A stretch of DNA of 63,995 bases, the filler included, from Alloascoidea hylecoeti (taxonomy: Eukaryota): the NCBI GenBank assembly GCA_001600815.1. It is 14 parts of 14 records of this genome, joined end to end, with 100 filler letters (N's around TTAATTAATTAA, not from the genome) between each part and the next. Parts side by side here need not be neighbours in the genome. Positions count along the whole stretch, not along the records: positions 33,509 to 38,085 come from BCKZ01000062.1; positions 38,186 to 42,933 come from BCKZ01000063.1; positions 43,034 to 47,212 come from BCKZ01000065.1; positions 47,313 to 51,242 come from BCKZ01000066.1; 10 more parts are not named here. One strand, written 5' to 3'. Position 1 is the first letter of the stretch; the number at the start of each line of letters is the position of its first letter. Under the pieces are notes generated by a model, which made no database searches, had not been told where the DNA came from, and saw nothing but the letters and a program-made list of their open reading frames with translations. Positions 37,801-48,271 of this stretch are shown piece by piece. A program made the translations under genes and the position numbers.

Positions 37801-38185
37801 TACCGTACTAGCTTTATTTTTCTACACACACACACATTCCAACTAAAACTCTCTTACTATGTATCNCAAAACAATAGAATCACTATATCGTACACAATGT
37901 CTCCAACACATTATTCCTTTTTATTCTTTATTTCTGTAACATTTGATTATCTGGACTTCTTTACCTACAATAATCATTCAATTTCCTCAATCCGTCAAAA
38001 CAATTTCTTATCTAAATATATAATCTAAAGTTCTTCCACCTGTAATAGACCTCGTTTTGAAAATAATTGGCCTTACTACTGCGAANNNNNNNNNNNNNNN
38101 NNNNNNNNNNNNNNNNNNNNNNNNNNNNNTTAATTAATTAANNNNNNNNNNNNNNNNNNNNNNNNNNNNNNNNNNNNNNNNNNNN

Positions 38186-40373
38186 GGGATCTAACCGCCA
38201 ATGAAGAGTCATCTTTAAGCGGGGACGGAGTTGGGAATAGTATCCTTAATAATGGTCAGTTAAATGATCAGAATATTGAGAAAAAGTCCAACAATAAATT
38301 AGTGTCTACTAAAGAAGATAAAAGAGAAAAGATAAGATCAATTAAGAAATATCTTGAAAATCAAGTAATCAACGGTAGTAGAGATAAAAAATATTATAAA
38401 TTATATTTAATTTTAAGTAATTCTAATTTTTTATTAGCATGTTATAAACAAATAAAAAGTAAACCTGGAAATATGTCCAAAGGTAGTAATGATGATACTT
38501 TAGATGGTATCTCATTGAAGAAATTTGATGACATGATTAATAAATTAAATAAGGGTAGTTTTAAATTCTCTCCAGTTAGAAGAGTAGAAATACCTAAACC
38601 AAATAAACCCGGAGAATATAGACCCTTGGGTATTGGATCACCTATTGATAAGATTGTGCAATATGGTATGGCTGAAATATTGAAAGTAATATATGAGCCA
38701 ATCTTCCTTGATAATAGTCATGGGTTTAGACCTAAAAGATCAACTCACAGTGCTCTGAGTAAACTATATTTACATGGTGGGTCATATACTTGAGTAATAC
38801 AAGGAGATATTGAAAAATGTTATGACCGTATTCCACATGAATTAATATTAGAACTTTTAGCAAAAAGAATAGGTTGTGTAAATTTCCTAACTTATGTTAA
38901 AAGAATATTAAGTGCAGGTTATATAGATCCAAATACTAAGGAAAAAGTAGGAAGTAAAGTAGGATTACCGCAAGGAAGCCCTATTAGCCCAATTTTAGCC
39001 AACATAGTACTCCACGAATTCGATTTATATATTATGAATGAATTAAAACCAAACTTTGTAAAAGGAATTGAAAGAAGATATAATCCGGCGTATGACAAAT
39101 TATCAAAGATTATACACAGAAAAAGCTCAACACCCCAGATGGTTAGGGAAGCTATGATCAGTCGTCGTAAATTAAGATCCAAGAATCCACTAGACCCTGG
39201 TTTCAAGAGAATATTGTATGTAAGATACGCAGATGATTTTGTTATATTAGTTTCAGGGAGTAAATCTGAGGCACTGGAAATCAAATCTAATCTCAGTGAT
39301 ATACTTAAATATAGATGCAGGGCAACTCTAAGTGATACTAAAACTTTAGTCTCTCATCTTAGAGATGGATTTCAATTTTTAGGTGCAAACATCAGAAAAT
39401 TGGATAACAAAGTGTATCTAGTAAAGACTGAAGTTAATGGTACTAAATTTAAACGTAAGGTGCCACTTAAACTTTTTGTTACTGCGCCTATCTTAAGCAT
39501 TATAGAAAAACTAATAGATAAAGGTTTTGCTAGAAGAAACCATAAAGGTATACTTTTAGCTCGTGGAAGAACGAATTTAGTATTGTTAGACATGTACACA
39601 ATCATAAGTTTCTATAACAGTCAAATTAATGGTATTTTAAATTATTACTCTTTTGCTGGTAATAGATCAAGCCTTCATAGAATTTTTTGAATACTAAGAC
39701 AATCTTGTGCACTAACAATTGCGCGTAAGATGAAGTTAACTTCTATGAAAAAAGTATTTAATAAATATGGTTTTGATATTAGAGATCCCGAAACTGAAAT
39801 ACAGTTAAACATCCCTAAAGAACTGAAAGTAACACATAATTATAAAACATCCCATTTTTCTGATTGAAAGTCTGTCCTAGATATGGAATGAAGTAAAAGT
39901 ATGACAATAAATCACAAATTTAAACCTTGTGCCATTTGTAGTTCAACTAAAGATGTGGAAATGCATCACATACGTAAGGTAGCTGACGTACGTAATAATA
40001 TACGTACAGGTAATGCATCATGAAGTAAAATTCAAGGAGCATTCCTTCGTAAGCAGGTCCCTCTATGTAGATACCATCATAAGGAGCTACATTCAGGTAA
40101 TCTTAATTTTATGGATTTAAGAATTATTTCGAGTTACAAATAAGTCTATGTACTTTGTCATTTGGTGAAATTATAAAATTGTTAATTTATATTCGTACTA
40201 TTAATTATATATACTAAAGGTTATATATATTTCCTTAATTTTTATTTGATATTAACTAATGCAATTTATAAAATATATTTATTAATGCTAATTTATGGAA
40301 AGCCGTATGATGGGAAACTATCACGTACGGTTTGGGAAGCAGTTTATGATCTTTTATTATAGCTGACTTTCAC
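38186..40373 (+). mobile_element. Mitochondrial group II intron in cob (~nt 277, S. cerevisiae numbering), 5'-truncated
   Basis: Domain V GAAAGCCGTATGATGGGAAACTATCACGTACGGTTTGG at ~40298-40336, domain VI ending in AC, followed by a cob exon. Confidence 0.92.
38188..40143 (+). CDS. Group II intron RT/maturase/HNH protein (TGA=Trp), 5'-partial
   Basis: GEYRPLGI, SHGFRP, GDIEKCYD, GLPQGSPISP, RYADD, domain X GILNYYSFA, C-terminal CAIC..EMHH..LCRYHH. Confidence 0.92.
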
Positions 40374-40489
40374 TGTACATCCATATTAGTAAAGCTTTAT
40401 ACTATGGATCATATAGAAGACCTAGACAATTAGTCTGAATAATAGGAGTAGTAATTTTCATAGCATTAATGGCAACTGCCTTCTTGGGT
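40374..40489 (+). CDS. cob: Cytochrome b exon (ends at G131, nt 393)
   Basis: [38 protein letters not shown]. Confidence 0.93.
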
Positions 40490-41899
40490 TATGGTAATAA
40501 GTATAGCCCCAAATCCCCAATTTTAAGTCAGCCTTATGATTTTTTTTTGGTAACAGTTCTATATATATGGTTCAAAACCCGTACGAAAAACAAAGGTGTA
40601 GACAAATTTATTTATTATATTAATTATGTAAAAAAATATTTATTATCCTCGAGGGTTATTATGTTATTCCCTTTTCTCCAGTCCGTCAAAAAAATGAGGT
40701 TAAGTTTAAGTGGTCCTCTCGACATTGAATACACTCGTAATTCTCGCCATTTATTAAGTAATTCCATCGTAAGCTGTCTAAGTTTTCATACAACAATATA
40801 TAGTAAATATTCTTCCCCTGGTGATGAATCTCCCTTTAACCGAGAGGTAACATATGAACCCATATTTAAAAGATTGGGAATAAAACCTGTATATTCTTTT
40901 AGTAATTTAGATTTAGAAGATACACGTATAGAAATACGCCAAAAAGTTAAAGGATTAGCTGGAATATATATGATATATAATTTAGTTTCAGATGATTTTT
41001 ATATAGGATCAGGATCCACAGATCGATTATATAGTAGATTTAGTAATCATTTAATATATTTAAAAGGAAGTAAAGTATTAAAAAATAGTGTAAAAAAATA
41101 TGGATTAAAAAATTTTATATTCCTAATTTTAGATATATTTCCTTATGTAGTTAATATAGATAACAATAAGGATTTATTAAAGTTAGAGGATTATTATTTA
41201 AAAACTTATACACCTAATTATAATATATTACTTGAGGCAACATCAAGTTTTGGGTATAAACATTTAGAAGTAACTAGAATAAGAATGAAAAAGAATTATA
41301 CTCAGGAGAGACGACAATTGTTAAGTCAATTACATAAGGGGAAAACTTTATCTCAAGATCACATTGAAAGTTTAAGAAAAGCGGGATTAAATAGAAAGCC
41401 TATGACAGAAGAAGTTAAATTAAAATGTGTGAGTAATGTTCATCCTATAGATATATTAGATAATGATTTAAATTTATTATGTCAATTTTCAAATATGAAG
41501 TTGGCATCAACTTATCTTCAGTGTAGTTATAAAACAGTATTAAGAGCTTTTAAACTAGGATACATATTTATACCTAAAGAGATAGTAGAAAATATAAATA
41601 AAATCTTATTATCATCTTTCCCCTTACACCCCGTAAATAGGGATGTGTCAATAGGGCAGGCCTCTCCCTCCCGTTCGGGAGGGAGATTATCGCCAAATAA
41701 AAATTTAAACTCTAAAGTCGAAGGCCTCTCCCCTCTCTGCGATTGTCGGGTAGGGAGATTATCGGAATATAAATACTTAAATGTAAAGTGTGAATCAAAT
41801 ATAGATAAAAAATATAAGAGTGGTTTGAGGGTAAATAATAAATTAAGTGGAATTAAAAAATATATAATAAATAATAAAAATATAATAAATATTAAATAA
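40490..41899 (+). CDS. GIY-YIG homing endonuclease in frame with the upstream cob exon
   Basis: GIYMIYNLVSDDFYIGSG, R...H, LEDYYLKTYTPNYNIL, NUMOD-like GYKH/GKTLS repeats. Confidence 0.9.
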   Translation, partial: YGNKYSPKSPILSQPYDFFLVTVLYIWFKTRTKNKGVDKFIYYINYVKKYLLSSRVIMLFPFLQSVKKMRLSLSGPLDIEYTRNSRHLLSNSIVSCLSFHTTIYSKYSSPGDESPFNREVTYEPIFKRLGIKPVYSFSNLDLEDTRIEIRQKVKGLAGIYMIYNLVSDDFYIGSGSTDRLYSRFSNHLIYLKGSKVLKNSVKKYGLKNFIFLILDIFPYVVNIDNNKDLLKLEDYYLKTYTPNYNILLEATSSFGYKHLEVTRIRMKKNYTQERRQLLSQLHKGKTLSQDHIESLRKAGLNRKPMTEEVKLKCVSNVHPIDILDNDLNLLCQFSNMKLASTYLQCSYKTVLRAFKLGYIFIPKEIVENINKILLSSFPLHPVNRDVSIGQASPSRSGGRLSPNKNLNSKVEGLSPLCDCRVGRLSEYKYLNVKCESNIDKKYKSGLRVNNKLSGIKKYIINNKNIINIK

Positions 41900-42284
41900 A
41901 TAAAATTTAGGATAGTCTCACGATTATTAATTCTGAATATATATAATAATTATTATAGATATCAGGGCCCCTTTCCCTTTTTTCTTTCATCCAAATGTTT
42001 TCAACACACTTCGTGAATTGGAAAAATCCACTTTGGGAAAGGGGTAATTAAATTCTAATTGTAATTTTAATTGAAAAAATTAGATAAAGTGAAATTTTTC
42101 GACGGAAAAATTGTATATATGAAAATATATATGGCAATATAAGTGAAAACGATCAAAGTAAATATATATAAAATGATATAACAAGATCGTCGGTTAAATT
42201 AATGATCGCGACAGACTGGGTCACTTATGGACTTCTGAAATGAGGTTTAATGCACAGTCGAGATGTTTTACAATAAATAATTTG
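40490..42284 (+). mobile_element. Group I (ID-type) intron cob-393
   Basis: U|...G| boundaries; core motifs GAAAACGATCAAAG, CAAGATCGTCGGTTA, ATCGCGACAGACTGGGTCAC, TGCACAGTCG at 42140-42262. Confidence 0.88.
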
Positions 42285-42320
42285 TATACATTACCCTATG
42301 GTCAAATGTCTCATTGAGGT
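42285..42320 (+). CDS. cob: Cytochrome b 36-nt exon (nt 394-429, ends at G143)
   Basis: YTLPYGQMSHWG; its length equals the known 393-429 intron-site spacing. Confidence 0.9.
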
Positions 42321-42933
42321 AAAATGAATGCCTCATATGTTATATATATATATATTTATCTGATTATAATAATTATGACCCCCAACTTCCCCTCCAATAA
42401 TAGGGGGGTAAAAAAATGTACTTCACGTAAAGATGTCCCCAATTTAAAAGAACCTTGGCCTTTTAAAGATAGTAGAATAATCGAAATAATATATGGTTCA
42501 CTATTAGGTGATTCATCTGCTGAGAAACGTAAAGGAGGAAAAGGTACTAGAATTACATTTTATCAAGAAGGTAGTCATGATGATTCTTTATTATATTTAC
42601 ATAGTTTAATAGCTAATTTAGGTTTTTGTAATACAAATATACCCAAATTGGAAAGAAGATTAGGAACAGGAGGAAAAATAAGGAAAATAATAAGATTTAG
42701 TACTTGAACTTATGATCAATTTAATAATATAGAAGCTTTATGATATTTAAATAACCCGGATCAAGGGGGCAGAAAAAAAAGATTACCTTCAAATCTAGAT
42801 TATTATTTAACTCCTTTAGCCTTATCAATCTGAATAATGGATGATGGAGGTAAAGTAAGTTCCGGTTTAAAATTATCAACTAATAATTTCACTTTAAAAG
42901 AAGTTGAATATTTAACTTGTTTATTAAAAAAAA
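42321..42933 (+). CDS. Group I intron cob-429 with in-frame LAGLIDADG endonuclease/maturase, 3'-truncated
   Basis: IYGSLLGDSS and LTPLALSIWIMDDGG motifs (TGA=Trp). Confidence 0.85.
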
Positions 42934-43033
42934 NNNNNNNNNNNNNNNNNNNNNNNNNNNNNNNNNNNNNNNNNNNNTTAATTAATTAANNNNNNNNNNN
43001 NNNNNNNNNNNNNNNNNNNNNNNNNNNNNNNNN

Positions 43034-44170
43034 TTAATTATCATGAGTCTACCCGCCTGCATATGTCGTTATATGCATCAGAGACTTTTCTACCCCTTTA
43101 ATTCCGAAGTGAACAGGGATGAATATTTAGATAAATGATTAAAAAAAAGATCTAAATACAACGTAATGAAACCTATTATACTTTTTATGTCCACAATTTT
43201 AAATGGATCTCAAAATTCAACTTTAAAAGAATTAGAGTTAAATAAAACAATGAAATTTAATAAAACACCCTTCAATTTTAATGAATGATTAGTAGGATTA
43301 ACGGATGGAGATGGAACCTTTAATATATATAATTCAAAGGAATATCAAAAAAAGAGTTTTAGATTTAAGATCTCTTTATCTAAACATAACCTTCAATTAT
43401 TACATTATATAAAGAATAATCTCAAATGTGGTAAAGTAAATTCACCTCAAAATGAAGATATGTGTCATTACGTAATTAGTGATACTATTAAGCTAAGAAA
43501 TGTAATACTACCAATATTTGATAAATATCCCTTATTAACCACTAAACGGTTTAACTACTTGAAGTTTAAAAAAGCTCTAGATATCCATTTCAGAGACGAT
43601 TTAACTCAGTCAGAAAAAATCAATCTTATTGATGAGATTAAGGTAACAACCCCTTCTCCGGAATATATCTCAGATGCTTGACATTCTTTATTAAATAAAA
43701 TTAATATGGATAATTTCCCAATGGATCCTTATAATGCATATAAAGAACTTAATCAAGAAGATTTTGCTCTAATTATGACACGATCTTGAATAGCAGGATT
43801 CATTGAAGCTGAAGGTAGTTTTTATTATGTAGCTAAAACTAAAACACGAATTGTTCATGGTTTTGGTCTTTCTCAGAAACTAGATTATATTGTACTATTG
43901 GGTATAAAATTAATGCTCCATCTTACTCCTTCTGTAAAATGAAATAAGAAAGGGTTTTATTCTTTCGATGTTACAGGAAATGTAGATATTCATAAAATAA
44001 TTAAATTTTTCATAACTGATGATCACTCTAATTTCTTTAAAGGAATTAAAAGTTATGAATTTGCATTATGAAAACGAAGTCTTTCTAAATATAAAGGTAA
44101 TTATAAAATTTTAGCTAGAATTCGACAATTAGTAACCAATTTAAAAAACAAGCATAAAAAGAAAAAATAA
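43034..44170 (+). CDS. Double-motif LAGLIDADG endonuclease in group I intron cox1-386 (intron ends 44306), 5'-partial
   Basis: WLVGLTDGDG and WIAGFIEAEG; group I core AGAGACT and AAGATATAGTCC. Confidence 0.88.
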
Positions 44171-44268
44171 TTAACGATTTTAAGTGCAAATAACTTGATT
44201 TACCTATCAAGAATTGTATTATGGTTTAAGATATAGTCCAATCAATTACAAGAGTAATTGTATTTTAA

Positions 44269-44485
<217 letters not shown>

Positions 44486-46887
44486 GTGCGCCGGGTAGGG
44501 CGTTATTATTATTGATGTCTAAGGAAAACATCTGTACACTAGGAATAAAGTGTGTACATCGCAAACACCTGCCGTTTGGAAACCTAATAAGAACCAAATT
44601 GGTAAGCAGGGTGATGATATTATGGAATCGACTAATTAGTTCATGTTTCAGTAATATATATAACGGGGTTATGAGGACTAACTATCAAGTCTGAGAAGTA
44701 ATCCCAAGCGAGGTTAACTATGCTGAGGTTAACAAAGTTGATACATATAAAGAGGAAAAGACGATCCTAAATTCGCAAGATAGTTATAAACCGAAATTAT
44801 GTAGTATTATTCTGGATAATGCAGCTCGTATCCGGGATTTATTTCATACTACATCTTCACATCAATTAATGTGTAATGAAAATTATATATGCAACCAGCT
44901 AAGGTTAACAAACCTTTACCAAAAAAACATAATGATAATGCAAACCCGGGATCTAAGCGCCTATGGAATAAACAAGCGCGGACAGAGGATCAATAGTAGT
45001 TTAATTACAAAGTGATCTAGTCATAGTCTCAATTTATTAAGAATGCATCACACTGCTACACCTTTTAATAATATAAATAAACGTAGTATGCTCGTGGCCA
45101 TTTTAATGAATGAATTGAAAGGACAAAAAAATGAAAATGGTACATGAACGAATTTAAATAAAATATTAGGAGACCCTTTTTACTGAATGGCAGCTTATCA
45201 GTCCATCAGTCAAAAACCTGGTAATATGACCAAGGGGACGACAAACGAAACCCTTGATGGAATTGACTTTAAATGGTTTGAAAAACTAGCAGGGGATATA
45301 ATCTCAGGAGAATATCAACCAAAAGCAGTTAGAAAACAAGAAATACCTAAAGCGAATGGTAAAATAAGGGAATTAAAAATAAGTAATCCAAGAGATAAAA
45401 TAGTACAAGCAGGATTAGCCTCAATTTTAGAAGCAATCTGAGAACCCAAATTTTTAGAGTGCTCCCATGGGTTTAGACCCAATAGATCAACTCATTCTGC
45501 ATTGCGTATTCTATGATTGCAAGGAAGTCGTTACAAATGAGTAATTCAAGGGGACATTTCTAAATGTTTTGATAGTATTCCTCATTCAGTAATACGTTCA
45601 AAGATTACCGAATATATTAAATGTCATAACACGATGGCATTGATAAATAAATGTCTGAAAACTAAAATTAGGATGCCTAATGGTACAATTAGTACTTCCC
45701 AAACTGGAACTCCTCAGGGAAGTGTTCTAAGTCCTATTTTAGCGAATATTGTTCTACATACATTAGACGAATATATAGAGAAATATACACTAGATTTCAA
45801 AATCGGAAAATATAGAAGACAAAATCCAGGCTATACAGCTCTAGTAAGGTCCGGATTAAAAGCCTTAAAAATGGGAGATAAAAAGGGAGCGTTTGAAGCA
45901 ATTAAAAATAAACGTCTATTGCCAAAAGGAGATCCTATGGACTCTAATTTCAAACGTATGCTATATGTTAGATATGCTGATGACTTTGTAGTTCTAATCA
46001 TAGGAAGTCATGATGATTGTTTGAAGATTAAATCCAATATAAAGGAATTCATCCTAGATAATTGTGGCTTAGAACTTAACGAAGAGAAGACTACTATTTC
46101 ACTTACGACAAAACACTTCTCTTTTCTTGGTGCGGACCTAGTGAAACTCCCCAGAGGTTATATTTCCAAGTCTAAATCAGGAAGGAAGTCAGTCGCAAAT
46201 ACATATATGCAAGTTAAAGCACCTATACAAAAACTGATAAAAACACTGAAAACCGCAGGTTTTATTAAAATGAGAAATAATGGAACTTTAAAGCCAATAG
46301 GATTAACTTATCTAATAAACCTTACTCATTATGAAATACTCCGTTTCTACAACAGTAAAATTAATGGTATTCTGAATTATTATGAATTTGCTACTAATAG
46401 AAGTAAACTATGAAGGATAATATGATACCTAAAAGCTTCGTGTGCTGTAACTTTAAGTAGGAAATATAAATTAAGGTCATTTGCTAAACCATTTAAAAAG
46501 TTCGGGTCATACTTAAAAGATCCCGAAACGGATACTAGATTAATATACCCTAAAACGCTAAAAATCCTAAATAAATTCAATGTCTCAAATCCCGCTACAA
46601 ATCCATTGAAAGCTTTAACTATTAAGTGAGCTGGAAAACTTACTCAATCAAACTTTGGTAAAGCATGCGTTTTATGCGGAAGTACTAATATGATACAAAT
46701 GCATCATGTTAGAAAAGTGAATGATGTAAGGGGATTAATGTTATCAGGTAAAAAGGTCCAACTAGCACAGTGACAAGGAGCTCTTAAGCGTAAACAAATT
46801 CCAATGTGTCAATATCATCACTTATTATACCATAACGGTAAATTAACGGCAACTGATATTCATATAATTCGTACCTACAATGTATAA
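44486..46887 (+). CDS. Group II intron RT/maturase/HNH ORF, in frame with the cox1 exon (TGA=Trp)
   Basis: The track ORFs 44512, 45187 and 45634 share one frame and are split only by TGA; SHGFRP, GTPQGSVLSP, RYADD, CVLC..MHH..CQYHH. Confidence 0.93.
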
Positions 46888-47023
46888 ATAATTTATGTAC
46901 ATTTTCATATAAAAGTCTATACTATGAGTGTGAGCCGTATGATGGGAAACTATCACGTACGGTTCGGAGGGCAGAGTTAAGAAGAGTTTTCTTCGGAGAA
47001 TTTGTATATCCTCTGACCCCTAT
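44486..47023 (+). mobile_element. Complete group II intron at cox1 nt 565
   Basis: GTGCG 5' end, domain V GAGCCGTATGATGGGAAACTATCACGTACGGTTC at ~46932-46965, 3' AT; the spliced exons read WA-V-FITAF. Confidence 0.95.
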
Positions 47024-47167
47024 TATTCATTACAGCCTTTTTATTATTATTCTCATTACCAGTTTTAACAGCAGGTATCACCATGTTATTATTAGATAGA
47101 AATTTTAACACATCATTCTATGAAGTAGCTGGTGGAGGAGATCCGGTATTATACGAACATCTTTTCT
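47024..47167 (+). CDS. cox1: cox1 exon (nt 566-709), followed by the start of a group I intron at site 709
   Basis: [47 protein letters not shown]; exon lengths sum to the known 709 site. Confidence 0.93.
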
Positions 47168-47320
47168 TAAGAAATAATATATTTTTATTTTTATTTTTAT
47201 TTTTATTTTTATNNNNNNNNNNNNNNNNNNNNNNNNNNNNNNNNNNNNNNNNNNNNTTAATTAATTAANNNNNNNNNNNNNNNNNNNNNNNNNNNNNNNN
47301 NNNNNNNNNNNNCAATTGCA

Positions 47321-48271
47321 ATGAAGTTTTTATCATTAGCTACTATTTTTTTCGCCGCTGGTGCATTTGCCGACACTCTTTCTAAAAGATCCACTTCTCT
47401 AACTGAAACTGCCTTCGGTTATGCTTCATTGAATGGAGGTACTAAAGGTGGATCTGGTGGTACAAGCGTTAGTGTGTCAACCTTAAGTGACCTGAAGAAA
47501 TACGCAAAGGCTAGTGGCTCATATATCATTACCATCACTAAATCTATTTCAGGATCTGATAAAGTTGTTGTCGCTTCCGATAAGACAATTGTTGCATCAT
47601 CTAGTAGTGTTGTTATTACTGGTATTGGTTTCTCCGTTAAGAGTGTTGAAAATGTCATCCTAAGGAATCTTACCATCAAAAAGGTTAAGGCTGCAAATGG
47701 TGATGCAATTGGTATCCAAAAGAGTTCAAATGTATGGGTTGACCATTGCGATCTATCCGCTGATAAAAACAATGGCAAAGACTATTATGATGGTTTACTT
47801 GATGTTACCCATGCTTCTGATTATATCACCTTATCTTACAATTACCTCCATGATCACTACAAAGCCTCCCTTGTTGGACACAGTGATAGTAACAGTGCTG
47901 AAGATAGTGGACATTTAACTGTCACCTATGCTTACAACTACTTTAAGACCTTGAATTCTCGTGGTCCATCACTCAGATTCGGTAAGGCACATTTATACAA
48001 TAACTACTACAATGGCATGAGTGACTGTATCAACGTTAGAAAGGGTGCACAAGCCTTAGTTGAAAATAATGTTTTCGTCGATGCTGACAAACCATTATAC
48101 TCTGTTGATGGTACTGGTAAAGCAGTTGCCTCAGGAAATGATTTCGGTAGTGGTTCAAATGCAATTACCTCCACTGGTTCTATGAGTGTTTCTTACAAAT
48201 ACACCAAGATTGCTGCTAGCAAGGTCAGCTCCACTGTCACTAGTAGTGCTGGTGCAAAGCTTTCTTTTTAA
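47321..48271 (+). CDS. Secreted pectate lyase, polysaccharide lyase family 1
   Basis: Signal peptide, KR site, GYASLNGGTKGGSGG, NVILRNL, GDAI, VWVDHCD, DGLLD, RGPSLRFG. Confidence 0.95.
   Translation: MKFLSLATIFFAAGAFADTLSKRSTSLTETAFGYASLNGGTKGGSGGTSVSVSTLSDLKKYAKASGSYIITITKSISGSDKVVVASDKTIVASSSSVVITGIGFSVKSVENVILRNLTIKKVKAANGDAIGIQKSSNVWVDHCDLSADKNNGKDYYDGLLDVTHASDYITLSYNYLHDHYKASLVGHSDSNSAEDSGHLTVTYAYNYFKTLNSRGPSLRFGKAHLYNNYYNGMSDCINVRKGAQALVENNVFVDADKPLYSVDGTGKAVASGNDFGSGSNAITSTGSMSVSYKYTKIAASKVSSTVTSSAGAKLSF

Noticed and set aside
38302..39690. Fragmented RT ORFs suggesting pseudogenes or bacterial retroelements (also 45187-46413 and 53344-54261)
   Set aside because: The breaks are TGA codons, read as Trp in the mitochondrial code; the flanks are cob/cox1 exons
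47480..47500. CTG codons as evidence for a CUG-Ser or ambiguous genetic code
   Set aside because: Too few CTG codons at confidently conserved positions to call by eye; needs an alignment-based codon assignment such as Codetta
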